Shown here piece after piece: positions 39,261 through 50,346 of a stretch of 64,000 nt of DNA. Every line of letters starts with the position of its first letter. The stretch's first letter is position 1. The notes under the pieces are model-generated. The model ran no database searches, was not told the origin of the DNA, and saw only the letters and a list, made by a program, of their open reading frames with translations. The position numbers were made by a program, and so were the translations under genes. This DNA comes from Octopus sinensis (taxonomy: Eukaryota): the NCBI RefSeq assembly GCF_006345805.1, contig NC_043003.1:7316001-7380000 (forward strand), read 5' to 3'.

Positions 39261-42234
39261 CACCTTAATAAAACCCGTTTTCATATTTCTTTTGCATTTT
39301 CTTTTTTATAATTGTCATTTGACTTGTAAGTACACCTTTTCTGTTTTAAAACCCTTAAGAAATTATTTTTTAGGGGTTTTGTGGGGACTCAAACGGATTA
39401 ATTATATTTTAGTTAATTTCAATACTCTTTACACTTTTACTTGTTTCAGTCATTTGATTGCGGCCATGCTGGAGCACCGCCTTTAGTCGAGCAAATCGAC
39501 CCCATAGCTTATTCTTAGTAAGCCTAGTACTTATTCTATCGGTCTCTTTTGCCAAACTGCTAAGTTACGGGGGTGTAAACACACCAGTATCGGTTGTCAA
39601 GCGATGTTGGAGGGAGAAACAGACACACAAACACATACACACACATATATATATATATATATATACATATATGAAGGGGTTTCTTGCAGTTTCTGTCTAC
39701 CAAATCTTGTGCTAGTGTCTTTTTTTTATTACCTCAAGGCCGACCACAGCCTTGTGAGTTGATCTGGTTGACAGAAACTGAAAGAAGTCAGTTATATATT
39801 TACATATGTGTGTGTTTGTCTCCTTAACTTAGCAGTTCAGCAAAAGAGGCAAATAGAATAAGTACCTGGCTTTAAAAAAATCAAGAAGTACTGGGTTCAA
39901 TTCATTTGACTAAAAATCCTTGAAGGCACTGCCCCAGCATGGCCACATTTTAATGACAAACAAATAAAAGATAATATATGATTCATAATTGTGGTAGTTT
40001 GTAACGAGATGTAAAAGGTTAATAGTCAACTTTTGATTTATTTTACTTTTTTTTTTGCTCTATTTTGTTTTTGTTTTGTTTTTTTTTCCTTGTTGCTCCG
40101 TGAACAAAGCACTTTCGTCTGATCTGTAGACTAAATTTTGTTAGTTGTCTTTTTCACCGAGATTTGTGCCAGAAATATCATGATATCAAGATAATAAACC
40201 TGCTTTATCTTGTAGAAATTATTGCATATCTGATATAAAACATTGTGTTTTGGGTTGAGAATCATAATTCAGAGATAAAATTAAACGGTTGGTGTGTAAC
40301 TATCACTTTCAGTATGTCACCAGTATTGTGTTCCAGTTCTCAATGAATGTAATCTGTGGCCCTGTTTTTGACTTGCCATTTGGAAGCACTTTCAATTGGG
40401 AAAGGCATGAACACCACAACTTCCTGCTTTTTTGTTTTTGCTTCAGTAAATTGAGGATTTCCTCATTTGTGTAAGTAGGAAAGCCAGTTACCCATAGAAT
40501 CCAAACCTATTTCTTTACTACCCACAAGGGGCTAAACACAGAGAGGAGAGAGGACAAACAAGGATTAAGTGGATTACATCGACCCCAATGCATAACTGGT
40601 ACTTAATTTATCGACCCCGAAAGGATGAAAGGCAAAGTCGACCGTGGCAGAATTTAAACTCAGAATGTAACGGCAGACGAAATACGGCTATGCATTTCGC
40701 CCGGAGTGCTAACCATTCTGCCAGTTCGCCGGGACCTAGCACAGCTCTTTGGCTTGCCAGTTCTGGTCAAACTGTCCAACCCATGCCAGCATGGAAAACG
40801 GATGTTAAATGATGATGATGGTGATCTCCATCCGTCTCCAATGGACTCCAGTTCCTGTGCCCCTTCTCTCTGTTGTTTTTCGTCTGTCACATTTGTATCC
40901 TTGGTGTGAGAAGGTTTCACATTGTGTGTGTCCGTGTGTCCTTGTTTTGACATCAAGCGATGGCTGTCTGTGAGCATCATTGACATGCAAGCGATGGTGT
41001 TCATTTCCAGCCATCATCATCATCATCATCATCATTTAACATCCGTTTTCTGTGCTGGCATGAGTTGGACGTTTTGACTGAGGTCTGGAAAGCAAGTGGC
41101 TGCACCAGGCTCCAATCTTGATCTGGCAGAGTTTCTACAGCTGGATGCCCTTCCTAACGCCAACCACTCCAAGAGTGTAGTGGGTGCTTTTTACATGTCA
41201 CTGGCACAGGAGCCAGTCAGGTGGCACTGGCATCGACCATATTCAGATGGTGCTTTTTATGTGTCACTGGCATCGACCATATTCAGATGGTGCTTTTTAC
41301 ATGTCACTGGCACAGGTGCCAGTCAGGCGGACCTGGCATTGACCATGTTCGGATGGTGCTTTTTACGTGTCACTGGCACGGGAGCCAGTCAGTGGGCACT
41401 TGCCACAGCTACGATTTGTGCTTTATTTGACTTAACAGGTCTTCTCAAGCATATCATATCGCCTGATGCATCAAGGGTACTTTTAAATGGGCTGGACATG
41501 CAACACTGGCTTCGGCCATGGTTGCGATCTCACTTTAGTTGCCGGGTCTTCCCAGTCTTCCATAAAAACATGTCTGGTTATAAGAAAACATTTTTGTGTC
41601 TGAAGCAAGTGAGGGTTGGCAAGAAAGGATTGTGGTAATAGAATATCTGCTTCAACGATTTCTGTCTGATCCATACAAGCATGGGAAAGTAGACATTAAC
41701 TCTTTAGCATTCAGATTATGGTTGTCTGTTTTGGCATAATGTCTACACCTGGATATCCTTCCTAACACCAACCACTTTACTAAGTATACCGGGTGATTTT
41801 TATGTGGCACCAAGATGGGTACTTTTTATGTGGTGTCAACATGGGTGGCTTTTTACGAGGCACTGGCACTATTTAGTTTAATTTCTATAGGTTCTTATTT
41901 CAAATTTTGTCCTTCCATGGCTGATAATTCTTTTAACAGTGTTTGGACTTGTTTAGTATCTGTTTTCATGAACTCACAGCTGTGACTTTAATTTCAGCAG
42001 AATTGATAAACGAAGTCAGTTACCATGATTAATTTAATTGATTATATGCTCTGTTCTTGGTGAGCCAAAAATTAAGCCTTGACCTAATTGAAAGGAATTG
42101 TCATTAACGTGAAGACAATTAAGAATAAACTATTTTTTTTTTTTTGGTACCTAGTTCAAAGCCTCATGGTTCTGTGTTGAAATCCTGCTGGTGCTGGACC
42201 AATAAAATTTTGGGGTCAGTTGAACTGACTCAAA

Positions 42235-42387
42235 TCTCTCTTTCTCTCTCTCTCTGTCTCTCCCTCTGTCTCTCTCTCTCTGTCTCTCTTTCTCTCTCTC
42301 CCTCTGTCTCTCTCTCTCTCTCTCTCTCTGTCTCTCCCTCTGTCTCTCTCTCTCTCTCTGTCTCTCCCTCTCCCCCCCTCTCTCTCT
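42235..42387. repeat. (CT)n-rich polypyrimidine microsatellite
   Basis: Seen directly. Confidence 0.95.
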
Positions 42388-44462
42388 GAATGTGCTCCTC
42401 TGGTACTTTGTTAGGCATAGCTGATTGTTACAAAGATGCATTCTCGGTGAACAGATTGAGTTGAAATCATTTCACTCCATTTGAATCGCTGGTATTCTTG
42501 CAAGCTGTTACAGTTGTCAGCTTCATTGCTTTGTACTGAAATAGCAAAAGACAAGGAGGAGGGCAATGTGATTGTTTGAGCTCCTAGAAATAGCAACCAA
42601 ATTTACCTATGAAAGATCACTGTTATTTTTATTTACTAAAGTCTTAATATAAGGACCTTGTTATCTAATATCTTTTTCTTATTGTAAAGGTTGAAAGTGA
42701 CTGGTGTAAGATTTAGCTGCATTTTCGAGTAGATCAAGCAAACGACTAGAGTTTTCTCATTGACTTATATATCCTGTTACTATTGGCTTTTGTATATTCT
42801 ATTCTCTTAGTGGTTTGTCATTGGATTCTGGCCTTGTTGGTCTTCCACCCACCTCCAAGGGTATACTTGAGCAGCCATGGTAATCTCACCACTTAATTCC
42901 TGCCTAGTACTTATCTCATTCATATTTATTTCTTGAAATACTTGGTTACAGGACATAAACCACACTTAGCCATTATACGTGTACACACACTTGCATGTGT
43001 ATGTGTGTTTCCCTAATTCTTCACTCCCTCTGCTCCCTACCTCTCTCTGTTCCTCCCACGTGACTGGTGCTCAGCCAAGCATAATCTCTCTTCCTTGGCC
43101 TGGCTGCCGCTCGCACAACACCTTCTTTTCTTGTCACCTGACTTTCACTTATATTTCTTGCCATAAGGCTCCCACTTCACACGCCAGCTTTTCCTCTGTT
43201 TTCTCTTTTTTTTTTTTTTGTTGTCCATATTGTTGGCACATATTCGCCCGCTTTCTTCCAAAAATTTAATTCCCTTAGCTTAGATTTTTGGGGCCTACCA
43301 ATTTTGAACAGTCTCAAGTGTAACAGGCCAAAACTGTAGTGATAATTGGAAGCTTGACTGATGAATAGAAATCCATGAATGTTCTGTCCTGGTTTTCTGT
43401 CCATATGTTTTCATTGTCATCCGTTACATTCTTGTTACATGTTTTTGGATATATGTTCTGTATATATGTATATATATATATATATATCTATATATAAGAG
43501 AGTAACCACTATGTGGTCTACTCTAGCACTAAAAATAGATCCGGTAGGTTTCAGCCACAAAAGAATTGTTTCCGATGAAAGTTAGCACGACTACTAGCGC
43601 AAACGAACAGGGCAAATAAACATAACAAAAATGCAGATTAGTTCAGGACAATTGTTTCGCTATTAATAAATTATGTAATTTTACTCACATAACATATATC
43701 TGTAGCTCATATATATATATATATATATATAGAATTAATTAAAAATGACAAGTATATCGTTTTGTGAATATTTCTTTTAGTTGTCAAATTTTGATACCAC
43801 CCTGATTTTTTTGTAGGTTTCAAATATTTAGTTTATGAATTTTATAAATTCTAGCATTGCAGTGGTGTTGAAAATCTATAGGGAAAGATCAAACATAAAT
43901 GGTTGAATGTCAGTGATGTTGACGTCGCCAGTCTGGGAAAAATCTGCAATGGTGATGGGTATTGTCAGTTCTGAGTTCAAATTCTGCCGAGGTTGACTTT
44001 GCCTTTAATCCTTTCGGGGTTGATTAAATAAGTACCAGTTATGCACTGGGCTCGATGTAATCGACTTAATCTGTTTGTCTGTCCTTGTTTGTCCTCTGTG
44101 TTTAGCCCCTTGTGAGTAGTAAAGAAATAGGTATTTCGCCTGCCGCTACGTTCTGAGTTCAAATTCCACCAAGGTTGACTCTGCCTTTCATCCTTTCGGG
44201 GGTCAATAAATTAAGTACCAGTTACGCACTGAGGTCAATGTAATCGACTTAATCCATTTGTCTGTCCTTGTTTGTCCCCTCTGTGTTTAGCCCCTTGTGG
44301 GTAGTAAAGAAATATGTAATATACCCTTCTGTAACCAGGTGTGTTTTTTTTTTTTTTTGTGGGAAGATTGGAAACGAAGGACATCACTCTGAGACACTCA
44401 TCTACAACTAGTAAGTAATGCCAAGACAAGGAGACACCAACTTGTGCCACACAGACTTATGT

Positions 44463-44756
44463 TTTGTTTGTTCCTTCTCGAGCCATGCCTGGCTCATAAG
44501 ATTTGCTTGACGTATAGGTTCGCCACCTGGACAGGACGCCGGTCTGTCGCAGGTGAGCTGCAATATGCAGGAGGAAAGAGTGAGAGAAAGTTGTGGCGAA
44601 AGAGTCAGCAGACGTTCGCCATTACCTTCTGCTGAATCCGTGTGGAGCTTAGGTGTTTTCGCTCATAAACACACACATCGCCCGGTCTGAGATTCGAACC
44701 CATGATCCCTCGACCGCGAGTCCGCTGCTCTAACCACTAGGCCATGTACCTCCACT
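44463..44756 (-). mobile_element. tRNA-Arg-like SINE (possibly octopus OR1 type)
   Basis: Minus-strand head TGGCCTAGTGGTTAGAGCAGCGGACTCGCGGTCGAGGGATCATGGGTTCGAATC; 12-bp TSD ACAGACTTATGT at 44451-44462 and 44757-44768. Confidence 0.85.
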
Positions 44757-45155
44757 ACAGACTTATGTAGAAATATATGACAGGCTTCTTTGAATTTTGG
44801 TCTTCTAAATCCATTCACAAGGCCTTACCTGGCCTGGGGCTAAAGCAGAAGACACTCGCCTAAGGGTCACTACCATAAATTTCAGTGTTTATAATAGCTT
44901 TCATCCTTTCCTGTACAAGCACTGAAATATGCTGTGGGGTTCATTTAATTATGAAAAGCTTCAGTTTTTTTAGTATATATATATATATATATATGTGTAG
45001 GAGTGGCTGTGTGGTAAGTAGCTTGCTTACCAACCACATGGCTCCGGGTTCAGTCCCACTGCGTAGCACCTTGGTGAAGTGTCTTCTACTATAGCCTCGG
45101 GCAGACCAAAGCCTTGTGAGTGGATTTGGTAGACGGGAACTGAAAAAGTCCATTG

Positions 45156-45186
<31 letters not shown>

Positions 45187-46269
45187 CTGTGTTTGTCCCC
45201 CAACATCGCTACACAACTGATGGTGGTGTGTTTACATTCCTGTAACTTAGCGGTTCTGCAAAACGTGACTGATAGAATAAGTACTAGGCTTACAAAGAAT
45301 AAGTCCTGAGGTCGATTTGCTTGACTAAAAGGCAGTGCTCCAGCATGGCTGCAGTCAAATGACTGAAATGAGTGAAAGAGTAAAGAGTGTTCATGTGTGT
45401 GTGTGTGTGTGTGTATATTTATTATACTTAAACAAGAATATATTACCTTACTTGAAAACAGGTGAGGGTTGATATTGAGAAGGGCCTCTGGTTACAGAAA
45501 AACCAGCCTCAACAATCTCTGTCCAACCCATGCGAGCATGAAAAAGTTAAAAATGAAACATAATTACTTTTGTCAAGCCATTGTCAGATTGCAGTGGCCT
45601 TATATAGTATCTTTTGTGTTAAAATCTTTGGATGTGTGGCTTCGAGTGGAGTGGTAATTAGGTCTTCAGGGTGTGTTGTTTTGGAGAAATTTTTATTGAT
45701 TCAATTTGGGCTTATGTTATTGTTCAGAATCTATTCATGTGTGTAGAACTTCATAGCAGGTGTGAATATTTAGGTGTGTCCCTTTCAGTAGGTTGGTATA
45801 GGATAGGTCAGTAGTTTTAGTTGTTTTTGGTTTTATTGAATTTAATCCTTTGGTATGTGTGTATATTTATATAATTGTTATTATTATTATTTTTTTTTCT
45901 ATCAGCAGAAGTTACAAAGTGATTCAAGGATCAAGAATTTCAAGTATAGCACTTATCAAATTTGACTAAGCCCTACATGAAACTCTCACCCCTCGACTCA
46001 TTTTTGTTGATTTCAAAATGACCCCCCCCCCCAAAAAAAAAAAAAATTTTATTATTAATCTTGCGTTTGGGAGTCAGAGTTTAGCCAGAGTCAGGGTTGA
46101 AAATAAGTTTTAGATGACTGGAATCGCTGCTGATATAAAATTGTACTGGTTCTAACCCTATTGTAATACAATATGTTGAGATTTAAACAATATTTTAATC
46201 TCAATCTCGGAAAGGAAGTATTATATATCCAATGAGTTTATTTCCTTTTAAAATGTATATCAAGTTACT

Positions 46270-46770
46270 TTAACTCTTTCGTAACCAAACCGGCTGACAC
46301 TGGGTCTAGCTCTGAGTAGAAATGTCATGTCTTCATAAGTTTTCAATTAAAATCTTCCACAAAACCTTAGTCACAATTTATGTTCCTAACACTAGTTTAA
46401 TGATAACTAAGTTATTTTACTAAATTCTTTGTTGTATTTAAAGTAATTGAAAGAAACCCAGAGCATCTTAACAGAAATATGGTAACAAAAGGGTTAAAAT
46501 ATATAATAGAGAAACAATTCTTAACCCTTTTGATACCAACCCTGCTGAAACAGGCTCTGACTCTGTAGTACAAATGTCTTTTCATAAGTTTTCAATTAAA
46601 GTCTTCCACCAAACCTTAGTCACAATTTATGTTCCTAACACTAGTTTAATGATAACTAAGTTATTTTACTAAATTCTTTGTTATATTTATAGTAATTGAA
46701 AGAAACACAGAGCATCTCAAAATAAATACAATAATGAAAGGGTTAAAATATAGATTAGAGAAACGATTCT
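46270..46770. mobile_element. Tandem dimer of the same piggyBac-like MITE
   Basis: Units 46274-46493 and 46525-46742, TTAA-bounded, each followed by a similar spacer of about 25 bp. Confidence 0.8.
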
Positions 46771-47483
46771 TAGTGTCCAGCCGTCTAGTTTTTAGCTGAC
46801 ATACTTTAAATTTCAGAAAAAGAAGGATGTTTCTTTTCGTTTGTAGTCTGGTTGTTTTATACTATTTTTTTTATAGTTTAATTATCATATATCCTGTTAC
46901 TTTATAACTTTCGTTAAACACAACCTAATTTTTCTTTTTTTTTAGTTAAGTCAGGATTGTTTGTCTCATATGACTCTTTGTGACTTTAATCATACAAACA
47001 ATGTCGTAACGGTCGTGTTTCAACCAAAACTTCAGGTAGCTTAGGGTGGCTAAAATTAGCTCAAAGATTCCCATTAGTCATGTATGCTCTGTGCTTTCAA
47101 TCAATATAAGAAATATCTAATTAAGCTTAATTAGGAATAGAGTAATTAGAGATGGTGGCACCATTAATTAACGAGTTGGCGGTACGATTAATTAACGAGG
47201 CTTTGTGTACTGACTTCATAACCCGGATCAAAAGATGTTTCTTTTTTTACATAAAATCATTTTTATTCTTCACTCATTGGACTGCGGCCATGCTGGGGCA
47301 CTGCGTTGAAGTGTTTTAGTCAAATTAATTGACCCCAGGTCCTGTATTTTTTAAAGGCTGGTACTTATTTTATCCGTCTCTTTTGCTGAACTGTTAAGTT
47401 GAGAGAATGTAAAAAAAAAAAATCAACAGTAGTTGTAAAGTGACAGCAGTGGGGGACATACATACATACACACATACATACAC

Positions 47484-47533
<50 letters not shown>

Positions 47534-48189
47534 ACCTACATACATACACACACACACAATGAGCTACCACATTGTTTCTGTCTACCAGATTCACTCCCAA
47601 GGTATTGGTCAGCCTGGGGCTGTGCAGTAGAAGAAACTTGCCCAAGGTGGCATGCAATGGGGACTGAACTCTAAACCACATGGTTGCAAAGCAAGCTCGT
47701 TAACCACACAGCCATGCCTGCTAAATTTCAAATCTGCGAAACAAATGTATTTTGTATCAGAGAATCACAGGTAGTTTCAGGGTGGATTGGTTTCAAAAGA
47801 TTAAAATATACATTTACAACATTTTTGTGAAAAATGGGGACTGATAAAAAAAGAAAGCCTTTCCAAAAGGCTTTTAACGTACCCAATGGGTGAGCTTTTA
47901 AGAGGTCACATGGTCTGATGGGTTTTTTGTTTACTGTTTGTTGTATTTCTTTTTATCTTTTCCTTGTTTCTGTCATTAGACTGTGGCCATGCTGGGGTAC
48001 TGGCTTGAGGAACTTTAGTTGTGGAAATCAACCCCAGTACTTATTATTTTTTGGTAAAGCTTGGCGCTAATTTTATTGCACTCTTTTGCTGAGCCACTAA
48101 GTTATAGGGACATAAAACACATCAACACTGGTTGTCGAGAGGCACACACACACATTGATATATGTGTGTGTGTGTGTATATATATATAT

Positions 48190-48424
48190 ATCCATGAGGG
48201 AACGGCGACTTTCGAGTCGAAAAGGTCTGCAGAGCTGGAGGAGAAAAGACGACAACGGAAGGAGCACCAACAACAACCACGTGTGACTCTCCCTTCCGGC
48301 ACTAGATGTCCGCACTGTGACCGATCTTTTCGAGCAAGAATTGGTCTTATCAGTCACCTACGGACTCACCAGTAAATTTGCGCGAAGACCATCATCCTCG
48401 ACCTTGAGGGATTGCCATCTGATC
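48190..48424 (+). mobile_element. RTE/BovB-like LINE 3' end with C2H2 finger
   Basis: LEEKRRQRKE...CPHCDRSFRARIGLISHLRTH*, short 3' UTR CATCCTCGACCTTGAGGGATTGCC; embedded in (TA)n. Confidence 0.82.
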
Positions 48425-48436
48425 ATATATATATAT

Positions 48437-48656
48437 AAAATTATAATCTAGGGTAAGAGATACCACCATGCTGGATATAGCAGCCAAAACTTGACTCTAA
48501 AACCATATTAAATGTCCATACAGCACCAGGAGAGAAGACAAAATAAAGTAGCAAAAAATTACAAAAAAAACCCCCATTTAATGTGGTTTTAGAGTCAAGT
48601 TTTGGCTGCTATTTCCAGCATGGTGGTATCCCTTAGATGCCCTAAATTATAATTTT
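48437..48656. repeat. Long inverted repeat, arms of about 78 bp with 60-bp spacer
   Basis: 48437-48514 is the reverse complement of 48575-48656 with few mismatches. Confidence 0.9.
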
Positions 48657-50163
48657 AATAATTATTACCTTTGAAGGTTTTTATTCCCATGCTGGCCACT
48701 TGATAAGATCGTTATTTTAAATTAACAATCTTATCATTATATATATATCGCGTGATCACGTGACCGATCAGGCCATCAGATGTTGTTACACATCGCTGGT
48801 CACAATGCGATATATGTGGTCTGTAAAAAGCATAAATCTGAAAGAAGCAGCACCATCGAAGATGTAGAGCAGTATATATTAAAAATGGGGAAGGCCAGTT
48901 CATTGGATTACGTTTGTGTATCGTCAGGTCTCAAAACCTGCTGGCCCAAGACCTCTTAAAAATATTTTTAAGAGATTTTGGGCCAAGAGGTTTTGGGATG
49001 TTATGATACATCACAAATCTGAACCCTTGAGTGATGTCTTCTACTACAGCCCCAGGTTGACCAATGCCTTGTGAGTGAATTTGGTTGATAGAAACTGTGT
49101 GGAAGCCCCCATGGTATTGACCAGACTATTGGATGTTGTTATACATTGCTGGTCACAATGCGCTTTGCATCATTCAGCTTTTGAATGACGCCACCCTACT
49201 GGCTAGGCAAGCAGGTCAACATTTGCAGGGTTGCCCATTTACTGCTTAAGTTGACTGTAGCAATGTAAAAGGAAGTGTTTTGCTCAAGAACACAATGTAC
49301 CATACAGTCTGGGAATTGAACCCATGATCTGGTGATCAGGAGTGCAACACCCTAACCACTAGGCCATACACCTTCACTTTGTGTGTGTGTGGTAGGTGTG
49401 TATCTTTGTGTTGGTTGTCCCACCAGCACTTGATGCCTGGGGTTGGTCTGTTTGAGTAAACCCCTCAAGGCTGTCTGATGATTGAAATAAGTAAAAAGTA
49501 AAAGGTTAATTAAACCATCATTTAGCACCTGTGTTCCCTGTTGGCAGGGGTTGGATGTTTTGACAGAATCCGATGGGTCCAGACGCTGCATCATGCTCCG
49601 CTGTCTGCTTTGGTAGGCTTTCTATGGATGGGTGCTCTTCCTAATACCAAGAACTTTACAGTCGGTACTGGGTGCCATATTTTTTTATGGCACTGGCGCT
49701 GGTGAGGTCACCGTGCAGCTCACAAGGCTTTGAAATCCAAAGGTGGGGTAGGGAGCTTTATGCTTGAAGATAAGTGTTAAAGGATATGAGACAGGGATCA
49801 GGCAGAGCAGGTACTTGTTTTTTTTTTAATAATATTTTTGCTGTTTTTTTAAAATCTCAGAAAATAATTAAAAATTCACATTTTTTGTCAAATTATTTTA
49901 TATTTATCTCTCTATCCAACTGTAAACATTATAAATATTTCACTAACTTTTTGTTATAACTTGGCAAAAGGGTACATTTTTTGCCAAAAATTGCTAAATT
50001 TGTTCCCACAGTCTTTATCCACAACCGGAATCGTAAACTTTCTCTTGTAGGCTTCTCACATTTAGAAGAGGATAAATAGTGGTGATGATTAAAAGTCATT
50101 TGTTGAGAATTCTTTCTGATGGTTTGCTTTCTGTTCTGTCTTTTTCAGAGGGTTCTCATCAAT

Positions 50164-50346
50164 ATGGACAAAAAGAAATATTCAGGGAAGACATGTCGCC
50201 TGCTTTCAATGTTATCGATGACATCAGCTTTCTTCCTTGTAGAAATCATTGTAGGATATTTCACCAATTCCATGGCACTGGTTGCTGATGCTTTCCACAT
50301 GCTGTCTGATGTTGTTGCTTTATTCATTGGGTTTGCATCTGTCCGA
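50164..50346 (+). CDS. SLC30A1: ZnT1-like coding exon 1 (MDKKKYSGKTCRLL...ADAFHMLSDVVALFIGFASVR)
   Basis: Acceptor tttttcAG ends 50148, ATG at 50164, donor GTAAGT at 50347; 61 codons covering TM1-TM2. Confidence 0.93.

Noticed and set aside
41096-41638. 180-aa ORF and many similar LQLDALPNANH / NWYLIYRPRKDERQ ORFs
   Set aside because: Recurrent translations of families A, B and C on either strand
44680-44756. tRNA-Arg gene on the - strand
   Set aside because: No proper acceptor stem; it is the head of a TSD-flanked SINE. The same reasoning applies at 49300-49375 and 61372-61435.
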